64,000 nt of DNA from an uncultured Lachnospiraceae bacterium (GCA_964437615.1 CAYTHL010000002.1:62-64061); one strand, 5' to 3'; positions 27,475 to 38,465 are shown, counted from the stretch's first letter. The notes: generated by a model from the sequence alone, not told the origin. Numbers and translations are program-made.

Positions 27475-29486
27475 AATTCAAACTCCACAGTTAGCTTGCC
27501 ACTAACCCCTTCGGTATAGTTTGTTCCAAGCAAATTGTACTTTTTTGTAGTTACAGTGTAGTCTGTATCCGCCAATGCCACATTTTCTATTAGAGCATTA
27601 GTTAATTTTAAATTAAGAGCCTTTACTCCACTATTTGTAAATATAAGTAAAGTATCTTTTAAAAACTCAAAATCTACAATAGTAGATATATCTAAGTCTG
27701 ATGGAAAACCATTTGTAAATTCTTGCGGATTGTTATAGTTTGTTAAACTGTAAATTTTGTATGGTGCCTCGTCCTCGTTTTCGTAATACTGAATTAAGTA
27801 CATAAGGTCTGTGCTTATCCAGTTTTTAACGCCCTCGGTTAAAGATATGCTGTACCTGTATACTGTAGGGTAATAAAACAGCCATATGTATGGAGACACA
27901 GATTTTTTCGCAATTACAGCCCTACTTTTACTTTCTAGGCTTACCGTATCGGTTAGCAGATAGTTTGCAACTAAAGAATATCCTACATCGGTAGTTCCGT
28001 CTGCGTAATAACTAACAAGTCTGTATGTAGATGTTGAACTAGCGTAATTATCGGTAATAAAAACAATAATAGAGTCGCAAAAACTGTTTTTGTAGATGTC
28101 ATACATATATACGGCCGTAGGGCATACTGTAGATGCGACGCTAGTAATACTAAATATATTGTTTTCAAATTTCGCGTTACAAATTAGCGGAACCCGCTCT
28201 GTTGTGTTTAAAATCCCTATAATGAACTCACCAGATTTAGTAGTTTCTATTATTCTAAAATCTTGCCAACTGTATTCTGCACCATAGCTATTGTAGGCAT
28301 CAAAATTTGTGCTTGCTAAACTATAGGTACTATCACTAAGAGTATAAACTCTTAGATATGGACTTGCAGAATACACAGCAAAAAGATAATTTTTAAACAT
28401 AATGATATCGGCTAAATCTTGTGTTGGAACGCTTACTGTAAGCCTTGAAAGCATATAGTTATCATTTGCATATATGTACAAAGTGCTTCCGCTAACAAAT
28501 GCCAGTTTATCTCCATCGCGGCTTACCCACCTAGGTGTTGTTGCATCTATATCTGCATCAAAAGGACTTGCAATATAATCTGTAAAGTCGGAAGCATAGC
28601 TTTTGTAAATATAATCAGTTTGCAAATTTTGCTCTAAATCGGCTAGAGATACAACTTCTTTTATATATTCTCCGCAATCTATAGTATTGTTAGACTGAGA
28701 GGATACAATATTTTCTTGTTGTATACATTCTTTATATTCCAACAAATTTATCCTAGCAATTGGAGTTTTATCCATTAAAACAACAACCTCTGGCGTGATG
28801 CCAGTATCTAGGTCAAAATCTATTTGTAGTTGTGGGTTTCCATCTGCATTGGCAGAAGCCGTAAACGAACATGTATACTCTTCGCCTTCACGCGGAACAT
28901 TTCGTTTTAAGCATACATTTGGCTGCAAGTTATATCCGCGCATAGCAGTAAAGGCTGGCGCCGTTATACTTCCCTCACCCAAAATGGCTTTTATAAGTCT
29001 GTTTTCGCCAGCAATTAAATACGCGTTACTATCTTCTTGCAAACTCAAATAGATAGTTACCCTAATTAGCAAACTTTGGCCTTGTTCTTTTACAATATTG
29101 CAAACATCTCCATCACTATCTACAATTTGTATATGGTTACATACATCTGGATTGTTCTCTGCACTTGCAGTGATGCCTATTTCACAAAAAGATAATCCCT
29201 CTGCTGTGTCTTCATCTAAAGAAACTACCCTTTTTACATACAGCTCGCCCTTGCTTGGGTCACACTGCAATTCTTCGAGTTCTGATGGATAACTTGCAAC
29301 ATAATTACTCAATTTACTAGAAAGATAATCTACTTGCCCAGTACCATTGCCAAAAGCAAAATATGTAGCATAGGGCTTTAGCCCATCCATAATATTTTCA
29401 AATACTTTATGTGTCATTGTATTAAAAAATGTATAACTACTTTCGCCTAAAATAATCTCAAATTTGTTATGTAGTTTAATATTCAT
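27471..29486 (-). CDS. Large phage structural protein (tail or receptor-binding candidate)
   Basis: 671 aa, beta-rich and Y/S/T-rich. Sits in the distal tail-gene block. No catalytic motif recognised. Confidence 0.4.
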   Translation of the reverse strand: MNIKLHNKFEIILGESSYTFFNTMTHKVFENIMDGLKPYATYFAFGNGTGQVDYLSSKLSNYVASYPSELEELQCDPSKGELYVKRVVSLDEDTAEGLSFCEIGITASAENNPDVCNHIQIVDSDGDVCNIVKEQGQSLLIRVTIYLSLQEDSNAYLIAGENRLIKAILGEGSITAPAFTAMRGYNLQPNVCLKRNVPREGEEYTCSFTASANADGNPQLQIDFDLDTGITPEVVVLMDKTPIARINLLEYKECIQQENIVSSQSNNTIDCGEYIKEVVSLADLEQNLQTDYIYKSYASDFTDYIASPFDADIDATTPRWVSRDGDKLAFVSGSTLYIYANDNYMLSRLTVSVPTQDLADIIMFKNYLFAVYSASPYLRVYTLSDSTYSLASTNFDAYNSYGAEYSWQDFRIIETTKSGEFIIGILNTTERVPLICNAKFENNIFSITSVASTVCPTAVYMYDIYKNSFCDSIIVFITDNYASSTSTYRLVSYYADGTTDVGYSLVANYLLTDTVSLESKSRAVIAKKSVSPYIWLFYYPTVYRYSISLTEGVKNWISTDLMYLIQYYENEDEAPYKIYSLTNYNNPQEFTNGFPSDLDISTIVDFEFLKDTLLIFTNSGVKALNLKLTNALIENVALADTDYTVTTKKYNLLGTNYTEGVSGKLTVEFEL

Positions 29487-29512
29487 AATTTCTCCTTAAG
29501 TTTTATGTAATT

Positions 29513-31936
29513 TTACTTGGTAATGCAAGAAATTGGATAACATATTAGTCTTTCGCCAAAATCACTATTTGTTCTTGTGTATGTATAACATGACTGTAGT
29601 GAAAATATGCCGCATTGGTCAGATTTTGACCCACCGTAACTCATTATCATATTTGGCAAATTAGGATCATCTTTTAGATAGTAATATTTGGCTGGAGACC
29701 ACAATAAAATCTTACTCGCATAGTAACCATTATCGTTACCTGTTTTGTAAATACAAAATGGCAAAAATCCAGTTTGCGTGTCTGCATAGTTCATCGCTAA
29801 AGCACCATTTACTTCGTATTGTAAAGTAAAAGCATTAGTATAACCTGTACCTAGAACGCTGAGTTTTTGGTCTGGATCCTTGTTGTCTATCACCAAAAAA
29901 TTAAGGTCGGAATCTATTAAAACACCATCTACCAAAGTTAGCATGCCCATTGTTATATTCTCTAGACCAAATATCTTAATTCCGGTGGTATTTTTTGTGT
30001 TACCTTCCGAATAGAATAGCCCAGCCTTGTCTAACACTCCGTTGGTTGGGGTACCATACATATTGTAATATCCAAGACCATAACAATATAAAGAGCGAGT
30101 ATCTTTAAATAAAAGTAAAAACAAAATTTCTATGAGCGTGGTTACATGAAAGTTTAGTGTTGTATATCTAGACCCCTTTAGTTGATCCATGGTTAACAAA
30201 ATTTCTTCGTGATTTATTTCGCTTCCGCCAGACTTTCCGCTACAACAATAAATTGTGTTGTCTTTAACAACTCCATCGTACGCCCCTATATAAATTTTGT
30301 CGTACTCTACGCCTTGCCTAAAATGAGAATTACAAGCATATCCATCTTTGGGTTTGTTACATATACTTAAAACATATTCGTTCTGTTTGGTCTCTATCAA
30401 GTTTTTACTACCGTCCCAACTTAAATCAAATTTATAGTATACCTTTGGAAACTCTATCATTACATCGTTTTCGCCGCTGTAAATATCCGCATCAGTTCCG
30501 TCTATAAATTTTGAATAATCATTAGGGTCTAAATATCCAATAACTACTCCAGAATTAATAAGACATGGTTTTATTTCGTTAAATGGCCACCTTTGCAACC
30601 AGCCATTATCTTGCAATGTGTGACTTTCAAAATCAAAAGCAGCTGGCGTATAGTCGGCACAATCTCCGCCATACTTTATCTTTTGGTCAATTCCGTTTAC
30701 ATTTGCATCTAATATTTGATCTACGGTTAATATATAGTTTATCTCTGGCACTATTTTGTAGTCTTCTACTTCTATTGTTGCTTTTGCTTGCAGATTTTCG
30801 GTAATTCCGCTAAGTAGAGCGTCAAAATTGATCAAGTTTTTAAATATCTGTAAAGAAATTTCAGCCGATAGATTGTCTACCAATAGATCTTTAAATGGCC
30901 TTAAATTTACATATCTATTTATAATTATTGCATAAGTTGCAAGAAGTTGTTCAACAAAGGTAGAAAGATCACTCTCTTCTTGAGACATAAGAATATAGTT
31001 AGATCCATTTGTATGTGTGCATATAACATAAACTTTTTGACTTTCTGGCGCATCGGCAACCTCTACCTTAGAATAACTGCCAACAGGCAAAGTAAATGCC
31101 GACGCTGATCCCATAACATGGTTTGTCATGCACCTATATAAAGGCTTGCCATCTTTTATATAGCAAACTATTATATCTTCGGAGTAACTATTAGGGCAAA
31201 CACGTGCCGATACCCAGCTTACGCCTATATCTAACCTTGTCTCTTGGCCCATGGCTCCATTATCGCTTATGCTATAATATAGATTGCCTATACTATCCAC
31301 CCTAAAAAAGTAAACTTCATCATCCTTTTTACTTTTTGCATAGCAGTGACTAATTCCGTTAGCCACCAAACTAAAATCACTTGCAAGCAAAGACTTTTCT
31401 TCTACAGATGTTGTAGCAGCATAAATTTTGCCACTTTCGGTATAACTAACAAGGACATTTTCTCCTAACGTTAAGCCTCTGATATCTACAGAATTTAAAA
31501 CATTTACTTCGCTTATAGCTCCCCACATTACAAGACTGCAAGATGTGATCTTGCAAGAGTAATTGTTGCTTAAAACAGTTATCCTTGCTGCCAAATTTAC
31601 ATTGCAAACTTTTGCTGGCGTATAAGCTTTTGTAATAATAAGCTGATTTTCACCACTTGCTATTGATCGCTCTTCAGATACTACGGGCACACTGTCAACT
31701 AAGATTTCTACTGCAACATCTCCTGTTGTATTAGAAAGACAAATTAGTTGTAGCTGAAAGCAACTTGCACCAAGTAGATTAATTTGCCCTAGGCTTATAG
31801 TTGCACTAGAAGTAACTTGCATATTTAAAATAGGATTAACAAATTCAACAGTCGTTGTAGAACCACTTTGATTGATGGTAGAGGCAGTTTCTTCTAGCTC
31901 CTTTGTTTTTATATATGCGTATTTTGCATAATCCAT
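29513..31936 (-). CDS. Putative tail fibre/spike protein
   Basis: 807 aa and the largest structural ORF. The C-terminal ~400 aa are Gly/Tyr/Asp/Cys-rich, consistent with a receptor-binding module. Call based on position and size only. Confidence 0.4.
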   Translation of the reverse strand: MDYAKYAYIKTKELEETASTINQSGSTTTVEFVNPILNMQVTSSATISLGQINLLGASCFQLQLICLSNTTGDVAVEILVDSVPVVSEERSIASGENQLIITKAYTPAKVCNVNLAARITVLSNNYSCKITSCSLVMWGAISEVNVLNSVDIRGLTLGENVLVSYTESGKIYAATTSVEEKSLLASDFSLVANGISHCYAKSKKDDEVYFFRVDSIGNLYYSISDNGAMGQETRLDIGVSWVSARVCPNSYSEDIIVCYIKDGKPLYRCMTNHVMGSASAFTLPVGSYSKVEVADAPESQKVYVICTHTNGSNYILMSQEESDLSTFVEQLLATYAIIINRYVNLRPFKDLLVDNLSAEISLQIFKNLINFDALLSGITENLQAKATIEVEDYKIVPEINYILTVDQILDANVNGIDQKIKYGGDCADYTPAAFDFESHTLQDNGWLQRWPFNEIKPCLINSGVVIGYLDPNDYSKFIDGTDADIYSGENDVMIEFPKVYYKFDLSWDGSKNLIETKQNEYVLSICNKPKDGYACNSHFRQGVEYDKIYIGAYDGVVKDNTIYCCSGKSGGSEINHEEILLTMDQLKGSRYTTLNFHVTTLIEILFLLLFKDTRSLYCYGLGYYNMYGTPTNGVLDKAGLFYSEGNTKNTTGIKIFGLENITMGMLTLVDGVLIDSDLNFLVIDNKDPDQKLSVLGTGYTNAFTLQYEVNGALAMNYADTQTGFLPFCIYKTGNDNGYYASKILLWSPAKYYYLKDDPNLPNMIMSYGGSKSDQCGIFSLQSCYTYTRTNSDFGERLICYPISCITK

Positions 31937-31945
31937 ATGTTCCTC

Positions 31946-33376
31946 CTATAAAATATAGCTATAATCTATTTGAAGATCAGTTAAATTTAATTCTCCTACA
32001 CCGCTTATACTAAAGCTTAATTTTTTGCCAGATAGTCCAAGCACAAAAACTTGCTCCTTGGTGTTTGCTTTTAATTTTAATATTTTACTTTCGTTTTCGG
32101 TAAATACAGTTATGCTAGCATCTGTAGAACATAAAACTCTCAGCTTTGTAAATGTCTTGTTTAAAGCATAAGGCTTTAAACTAAGTTTATTAGTTAAATA
32201 AAAATATTCTTGATTATTGGCACAATATTCTATGTTTTTTGCATCTACAAGTATATTTTTTGCGTTTTTTATTGATAAATCATCACATAAATAACAAACT
32301 CCGCGCAAATTATCGCAATCTAGCGCAATACAGCATTTAATTCCACTGATTAATCTTATATTTTCTACATAATTTGTATTTAAATTGAGTGCAATTACAG
32401 CCTCAACTGACATTGAATTTTGTATTATATTTGCACAAAGATAATAGACATTATCTAAACACACCGCCTTACAATTACTATTATTTTTTGCAAACAAATT
32501 GTCTATTTGACTATATAGCTTTTTTGCAGTTAATCCGTCAAAGCTATACAACCCATCAGTTGACAAGAAGACAATTTTATCTCCACATAAGCAGATAGAC
32601 TGGGGATAAATTTTGCCAGTAGATACAAACAATTTGCTCTGCTTAAAGTTGCTGGCAGTTGACGAAGAATATATTTTTATTATTGCTTTTTGTCTTATCA
32701 CATAAATGTAATTATCTAAACTAAAAACCTTTATAACTGCGCCTAAATTATCTACAAAACTAATTTCACCAGCATCACTGGCCGACACGCTCCAATTGCT
32801 TGGGTCCTTATCTTCGCTATAAAGAACTTTGTAAGGTTCATCCTCGCATGTTACAAATAGCCTCTCCATGCCTACAGCCATACTTGTTACCTTAGGAGCG
32901 TCCAAAACTTCTAGAGGCAAATTAATACCATCCCATATCCACATTTCGTCAGATACAGAACTTATTAACAGCAAATTACCCTCTTCTGTAATATAGGTTT
33001 CAAATATAGGGCTGCTAGTTAGTTGGATATCTGCAAGTTGGGTAATTTGCGGCAAACTGGTGTTTACTTGCATGTAATAAATTTTTAATAATGACGAACA
33101 GATAACCAAATATTGTAAAAAATTGTTTCCGTCATATAACTCAAAAGGCACAATTTTTTCTACCCCACCTATTTCTAAAAACTGAGATTGTAAATTAGAA
33201 TAATTATCAAAATTTGAAAATAACGGCATTAAAGATGCCAGATTTTGCACTTTTCCCTCTTTAATTTGCAGATTTTGGATGGTAGATGCAATTCCATACT
33301 TAGAAACATCCTTATCCTCAGTATTTAAGCCTAAATTGTAATCTTGAATACAAAACTGTGTATAACTTTGAGACAT
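31946..33376 (-). CDS. Phage tail structural protein (nozzle/tubular-B-like position)
   Basis: 476 aa. Repeated beta-strand pattern (...IYVIRQKAIIKIYS...KIVFLSTDGLYSFDG...). The start ATG overlaps the upstream TAA (TAATG). Confidence 0.35.
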   Translation of the reverse strand: MSQSYTQFCIQDYNLGLNTEDKDVSKYGIASTIQNLQIKEGKVQNLASLMPLFSNFDNYSNLQSQFLEIGGVEKIVPFELYDGNNFLQYLVICSSLLKIYYMQVNTSLPQITQLADIQLTSSPIFETYITEEGNLLLISSVSDEMWIWDGINLPLEVLDAPKVTSMAVGMERLFVTCEDEPYKVLYSEDKDPSNWSVSASDAGEISFVDNLGAVIKVFSLDNYIYVIRQKAIIKIYSSSTASNFKQSKLFVSTGKIYPQSICLCGDKIVFLSTDGLYSFDGLTAKKLYSQIDNLFAKNNSNCKAVCLDNVYYLCANIIQNSMSVEAVIALNLNTNYVENIRLISGIKCCIALDCDNLRGVCYLCDDLSIKNAKNILVDAKNIEYCANNQEYFYLTNKLSLKPYALNKTFTKLRVLCSTDASITVFTENESKILKLKANTKEQVFVLGLSGKKLSFSISGVGELNLTDLQIDYSYIL

Positions 33377-33939
33377 TAAAACAAACTCCTTGATGCAAAT
33401 TTTAGGCCTTTATATTTTTTTAGCATGTTTTTAAGCCCCGCTTTGTATTTTTGCTCCCAAATATTGGCCTCGGTATAAAGCATCTTTATTGCATAGTACT
33501 CGCTTACGGCGCCGTAGCAAATAGTCCTTGCATCTAGCCCAAGCGGCAACAAAACACTATCATCTAAGCTTGTTAACTCTTCTGGCAAATAACAATATTC
33601 TACGTAATATAGTTTGTTCATTTCTCCAACCACAAGGTAATCGTCGGTTGCATAAAATCTAATTTTTTTGCCAGTGTCGTCTTTTACTGCTTTAATTGAG
33701 CATGGTGTATGCCAAAAATCAGAAAGTAGCAGCGTACCGTTTTCGTCACTAACTAAATCTTGTGTGCATTTATAACACAAAAAACTTTGAGCAATATCTG
33801 TTAGCACAAAATTTACTAGTGTAATATAGAGCTCTACATTAGTATTTTCTTCATCATCTTCGCTTAAATTTGCAAGATAATTTATTGCGCTTTGGTCGTC
33901 TAAAATTAAGGCAATATTTTTTATAATTTCACTTAACAT
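33376..33939 (-). CDS. Putative head-tail adaptor/connector protein
   Basis: 187 aa, lying between the capsid and tail genes. Size and position resemble podovirus adaptors. No motif support. Confidence 0.3.
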   Translation of the reverse strand: MLSEIIKNIALILDDQSAINYLANLSEDDEENTNVELYITLVNFVLTDIAQSFLCYKCTQDLVSDENGTLLLSDFWHTPCSIKAVKDDTGKKIRFYATDDYLVVGEMNKLYYVEYCYLPEELTSLDDSVLLPLGLDARTICYGAVSEYYAIKMLYTEANIWEQKYKAGLKNMLKKYKGLKFASRSLF

Positions 33940-34261
33940 AATTTTCTCCTAAAAAATTGGTTTGATTAAGTGTATACTTTGCGTAATCTACGGCATTTTG
34001 AATAGATTTCTGCTGTTTTTTACTGTTTTTCTCTTCAATTTTGCGAAAAATGAAATTACTATTCTCTATTTTTGTAGCATTAATTTTATCTATAATTTGC
34101 GGAGAAAGCGGAAAATCAAATTCCATACATTTTCCACCAAAATTTGTGTCGTGCAGTTCGGCTTTCCCGGTTTTTTTGTTTAAATACAGTTTGTAAGATG
34201 GCCTAATTTCCTTTATTCGGTGCCAAAGGCCAAACATATCATAAATTTCTTCAAGTTCCAT
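33929..34261 (-). CDS. Hypothetical phage-cluster protein
   Basis: 110-aa ORF directly after the MCP hairpin. Confidence 0.45.
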   Translation of the reverse strand: MELEEIYDMFGLWHRIKEIRPSYKLYLNKKTGKAELHDTNFGGKCMEFDFPLSPQIIDKINATKIENSNFIFRKIEEKNSKKQQKSIQNAVDYAKYTLNQTNFLGENYVK

Positions 34262-34278
34262 AAATTACCTAAATTAGT

Positions 34279-34299
34279 AGGCTGGCTAAAAAGCCAGCC
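34279..34299 (-). other. Perfect 8-bp stem-loop immediately 3' of the capsid gene
   Basis: GGCTGGCT-(4-nt loop)-AGCCAGCC. No T-run follows on the minus strand. Confidence 0.6.
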
Positions 34300-34308
34300 C
34301 GCCTAAAC

Positions 34309-35505
34309 TTAATTTTCTTTAATTCCAGTAATCATCGCTTGTCCGCTTGGTTTGTTGCAGATAATGTCGGCATATTTAACTAGGGTTGCGCTATATGTAG
34401 GCTTGTTTTGAGCCTGCTTAATTACTCTGCCGCCCTCGTCTTCTAGCCATTTCCAGTCGCATAGTTGATGCAGGTTAAACTCTTTTGTGTTTAACAAATA
34501 CATGGTGTTAGCTGGAGCAAATCTATCCGAAACCACAGGTATTCCGTTGTAAGAAATCGCCTTGTAACCGCCAGCAAGCTCCATAACATCTATGTTAGAG
34601 CGGTAGTTTGCCAAATAATATTGGTATCCACGCTTAACGCCAGCCGAGCAAACAATAAAGTCCACTTTGCTGTCGGCATTTTCGTCCAAAGCGTCAATTG
34701 CAGTTTGGATGATAATATCGTCAATTTGTCCAAGTGTAGTTGCATCTTCTGTTACAGTGCTAATATCTTTCATATATGGTATCATCCAGCCATAGGTTGA
34801 TCTTTCTAAGCCATACAAACTGCCGGTATCCTTAAAGATAGCGCCAAGACCAGTGATTTCTTTGTTGTAGCTGCCCTGAACGCAAAGATAGCTACCAACC
34901 AATGCGTTTACGGTTAGGCTAGACGCACTAAAGGTAACAACCTTATTTGCCCTATCTACACTGGTAATTCTTAAACCAGTTGCACCATTAACGGCAACCC
35001 CAGCACTGCTGACAACGTCTACAATCATGCCCTCTATAAGGTTGGTTGTTTTGTCTACAGTTACTGTAGATGCGCTGTTTGCCTCAATTTTTGCAACAAG
35101 GCCAGTGCCGTCGCCATAAAGCATTCTGCCAAAGTTGAACGAACTAGCTTTTATAAGCCCTTCCATTTCGCTGTTAAGCAGATTTACAAAAGCACCGGCA
35201 GAATTTTCTGACGCTCTTATAGCTTTGTCGGAAATCTCTATTTTGCCGTACAAGTTTTTTAAAGTTAACACAAATTGAGCATAGTTGTTGCCGCCGGCTG
35301 TTGGCAAATCGCCGTCCTCTGTGCCCGCACCAATGCCACCATTTAGGCCATAAGGTGCAAGTTTTACAATTTCTTTACCCCAAACATCAGATGTGGTTTG
35401 GTTAATTCTTGCTAAAAGCGGATTTATTGATGTATTTAGTTGATCGCTTACAATGCCAAGATAAACTTCTTTTAACGCGTTATCCGCTGTTGATAATGTT
35501 ACCAT
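34309..35505 (-). CDS. Major capsid protein
   Basis: 398 aa downstream of portal and scaffold. The N-terminal ...ALKEVYLGIVSDQL...PLLARI...GK.I.....G and the ...NLYGKIEISDKAI... pattern are typical of Firmicutes-phage HK97-fold coat proteins. Confidence 0.7.
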   Translation of the reverse strand: MVTLSTADNALKEVYLGIVSDQLNTSINPLLARINQTTSDVWGKEIVKLAPYGLNGGIGAGTEDGDLPTAGGNNYAQFVLTLKNLYGKIEISDKAIRASENSAGAFVNLLNSEMEGLIKASSFNFGRMLYGDGTGLVAKIEANSASTVTVDKTTNLIEGMIVDVVSSAGVAVNGATGLRITSVDRANKVVTFSASSLTVNALVGSYLCVQGSYNKEITGLGAIFKDTGSLYGLERSTYGWMIPYMKDISTVTEDATTLGQIDDIIIQTAIDALDENADSKVDFIVCSAGVKRGYQYYLANYRSNIDVMELAGGYKAISYNGIPVVSDRFAPANTMYLLNTKEFNLHQLCDWKWLEDEGGRVIKQAQNKPTYSATLVKYADIICNKPSGQAMITGIKEN

Positions 35506-35516
35506 TTTTTCTCCCT

Positions 35517-36251
35517 TTATTTTTCTAACATTTTACTAAAAATCTTGTTCGCATCCGAAAGCGTCTTTGGCTTTTGGTAGTTTGGAGCAACAACAACACT
35601 GCTGCTGCCGCCAGATATAACCTTTGGCGCATCTATTGTTGCGAGTGATTTTACGTAATTGTCTATGACCATTTTATTAACTTGATCATTTTGCAATACA
35701 TATTGTTTAATATAATCTGGGTTAGATAATAATTCGGCAGGTTTAAACTTAGACTTTGCCGTTGCAAGTCTATAAGCTATCTCTATTCCGCCCTCAATTT
35801 CAGCTAAGTCTTTAGCTTTTATTAGTTCGGCCTTTACATCCTTCAAATAATTGATAGCGTCTGGATTATTTTCTGCAAATTTAAGCAGTTTTTTAGATAA
35901 AACCGCATCAAAATCATCATTTGAGCCGAAATTTTGTTCACGACAGTCGTTTTCACCCGATATATTTTGCTGCAGATTTTGAACATTTTGCTGCTCTGTA
36001 TCTGCAGATTGCGGGGCGACAACATCTTCTTCGCTCGATTGCTCCGTACCACTCATTTTTCGCTCTAGTTCTGCCAATTTTTGGCTTTTGCGTGTAAATT
36101 CTGCTTGTAAATTTGCATAAGCTTTACTTAAACTTGTTGCGTCCTTAAATTTGCCCATAATAGAGCCTTCCGGCAAATCTGGTTGTGCACCACCAATTTC
36201 TGCCTTTGGTTGTTCTATTTCTTCCATAAATTCTCCTATTGCCATTTGCAC
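35517..36251 (-). CDS. Scaffolding protein
   Basis: 244 aa, acidic and helical. GKFKDATSLSKAYANLQAEFTRKSQKLAELE motif. Lies between portal and MCP. Confidence 0.65.
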   Translation of the reverse strand: MQMAIGEFMEEIEQPKAEIGGAQPDLPEGSIMGKFKDATSLSKAYANLQAEFTRKSQKLAELERKMSGTEQSSEEDVVAPQSADTEQQNVQNLQQNISGENDCREQNFGSNDDFDAVLSKKLLKFAENNPDAINYLKDVKAELIKAKDLAEIEGGIEIAYRLATAKSKFKPAELLSNPDYIKQYVLQNDQVNKMVIDNYVKSLATIDAPKVISGGSSSVVVAPNYQKPKTLSDANKIFSKMLEK

Positions 36252-36310
36252 AAAAACGCAAAATGGCTATTAAAAAATGTTAAAAAGTATTAATTTTTGT
36301 TAAATTTTAC

Positions 36311-38266
36311 CTATTTATTGTTTAAAGCGTCTAAATTTTCTTTGGATAAAAGCAAATTCTCTGCATTGTACTTTGCTAGCATAATTTTATGTTTGCGGAT
36401 ATGCTCTAAAATTTGCTCTCTGTGTTCAGCTGAAAATTGTTCGCATTCGTCCGAAATTAAAAATCTTGTATGTTCTTCTATATGTATTTTGTGGTCGTCA
36501 ACTTCTATCGGTTCCTTTAACTTTATTAGTTTTAAGTTCTCCTTTGTTGCCCTTTTGGTTTGCAAAATAGATATGTCTTGCGCGTTTTCCCAACTACCAA
36601 ACCCAAGATTGTCTAAAATTTTTGCGCGAGTGTGATTGTTAATTTTACCGTCTTCGCCCGCAAGCAAACCTTTGTCGTAAAGTTCTAGCAGCATCTTTCT
36701 TCTTGATGCAGTGCTTTCGGCCAGTTCGTTGGTGGTATCCAGTATCACGTCGTCGCTAGTTAGGTCGGCATTGCTCCAGTAGTAAACCTCTATTGCCCCG
36801 CTTTCATCTGTCATTTGGCTCAGTCTTCGGGTGGTTGCGTACTGCTTATACAAACGGATGACCATTTCGGCAATTTGCTTTACAGCTTGCCTAATATATT
36901 CGGCAGTAACCGACAGCCGAGTTTCGTCTTGCTCAATTAGCAGCGTTATGGCAGAGCCGCTAGACACTGCCGACGGCAAAGTGCTATCCCTCATAATTTC
37001 GCTTACGCCACCTAAGATATTAAACTCGGTAAGCAACTTATCTTCTTCGTCGGATATTTCGGTTGGAACGTTGCCCGCATCCATAAAAGTTGGCGGCTCG
37101 CTGCCAGCCCTATATACAATAACTTTGCCCGGTGCCAAGCCCTCGTCTTCTAGACTATCCACATCTACCGAGCCATCTTCTACAGTAAGCACTCCGGCAG
37201 AAAGCCTTGCTATAAACTCGTGTTTTCTGTTTTTTAGTGCATTGTATGCACGCTGCACTGGAATGCACCTTTCTATTATACTTGTCCCCCAAAAACTGCC
37301 TATCTGAGAATTGGATATTTGCCTTATAAATGGATACCCCCTCTGCCCATTGCTTGCAACGCTATATGGCAAGTTGCCGTCGTAAACAAGTTTGTTGCCG
37401 GCAACTATAGTTAGCTTGCCATTCGGCAAGGTGGCAGACGGCTTTTGATAGTACTCCAGAACAAGCACATGGTCGTGCAATTTTGTGTGCGACAGTTTGG
37501 ATATATTGCTTCTGCCAGCCACTCCGCTATTAACGGCAACTTCATCGAACACCAAACTATCTATATCTGAGCCTTGCATACTAACCCCATAAGTTTCTTC
37601 TACCTTTTTGGCGGGGTAGGCCTTGGCGTGAATAATTGACATGCAACTATCTACGTTCGAACTAGAACAATTGTCTGGGAAAATTTCAAACGGCGAACAA
37701 ATGCTTATATCTACATCGCCAGCCTTTATTTTTGTGTCGCCCGCAAGGGCAATTGTGTCACCAAGTTCACTGTTCCAGCAAACTTTATAAAAGCAAGTTC
37801 CGGTAATTTCGCTCCAAGTGGTTGCCTCGTTAATTATATCGGTCAGTTTTAATCTGGTAAAAAGTGATGAAAGTATGCTTTTGCTAAGTTTGGCACAATA
37901 AAGGTCGGCTTGCTCTGTACTGCTTGGACGCACCGATGCCGTTGGCCTAACTTTGGCCAGTTTTGCAAGTCGCATTTCTACAATTGGCGCAATATGGTTA
38001 AAAACTTCGCGCGTTTCCCAAATGTAATTTTTTTCAAAATTTTCTATTTCGCCTTTGGGCGAGATACACGCGTACTGATTGCCTATCATGTAGTTCATAT
38101 TAAGCTCCCAAGCAAGTTCATAACTTTTGCGTTCTTTGCGGCGCCGCTCAAAATCGGCATAAATGCTGCTTACTATAACCTTATCTTCTTCGGCAGAATA
38201 ATAAAATTTTTTTGTAGCGGCATCTTCTGTGTTTTCGGCTATTATTTCTTCTTTTTTATTTTTCAT
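36311..38266 (-). CDS. Portal protein
   Basis: 651 aa, downstream of TerL. ...YELAWELNMNYMIGNQY... and its overall size and position fit a portal. Confidence 0.75.
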   Translation of the reverse strand: MKNKKEEIIAENTEDAATKKFYYSAEEDKVIVSSIYADFERRRKERKSYELAWELNMNYMIGNQYACISPKGEIENFEKNYIWETREVFNHIAPIVEMRLAKLAKVRPTASVRPSSTEQADLYCAKLSKSILSSLFTRLKLTDIINEATTWSEITGTCFYKVCWNSELGDTIALAGDTKIKAGDVDISICSPFEIFPDNCSSSNVDSCMSIIHAKAYPAKKVEETYGVSMQGSDIDSLVFDEVAVNSGVAGRSNISKLSHTKLHDHVLVLEYYQKPSATLPNGKLTIVAGNKLVYDGNLPYSVASNGQRGYPFIRQISNSQIGSFWGTSIIERCIPVQRAYNALKNRKHEFIARLSAGVLTVEDGSVDVDSLEDEGLAPGKVIVYRAGSEPPTFMDAGNVPTEISDEEDKLLTEFNILGGVSEIMRDSTLPSAVSSGSAITLLIEQDETRLSVTAEYIRQAVKQIAEMVIRLYKQYATTRRLSQMTDESGAIEVYYWSNADLTSDDVILDTTNELAESTASRRKMLLELYDKGLLAGEDGKINNHTRAKILDNLGFGSWENAQDISILQTKRATKENLKLIKLKEPIEVDDHKIHIEEHTRFLISDECEQFSAEHREQILEHIRKHKIMLAKYNAENLLLSKENLDALNNK

Positions 38267-38465
38267 TATTTTCTCCTTTATGTTTGTTTTTGTTGCATTT
38301 TAAAATTGCGTTTTTTATATCAGCTAGCGAACTTGCAAGTTCTAGTAGATGCTCTCTGCATATAAGAACTTGCCCCTTTTGCCCGGCGTGCAGACAATAT
38401 TCTGCTGTATTTTGACACATTTCTAAATTGCACTTTTTACAAAAATCATATTTTTTTACAATCAC
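38256..38465 (-). CDS. Small Cys-rich protein (possible zinc-binding)
   Basis: 69 aa with CxxC...C...C...C (FCKKCNLEMC..C...C). Overlaps both neighbouring genes. Confidence 0.45.
   Translation of the reverse strand: MIVKKYDFCKKCNLEMCQNTAEYCLHAGQKGQVLICREHLLELASSLADIKNAILKCNKNKHKGENNEK

Noticed and set aside
775-38365. Long antisense shadow ORFs inside conserved genes (775..1191, 1622..1921, 2819..3229, 8788..9351, 10508..10999, 22623..22985, 23345..24541 series, 36831..37307, 37910..38365).
   Set aside because: Each lies opposite a gene with strong motif support. Their translations are Ser/Leu/Pro-rich with no motifs or RBS.
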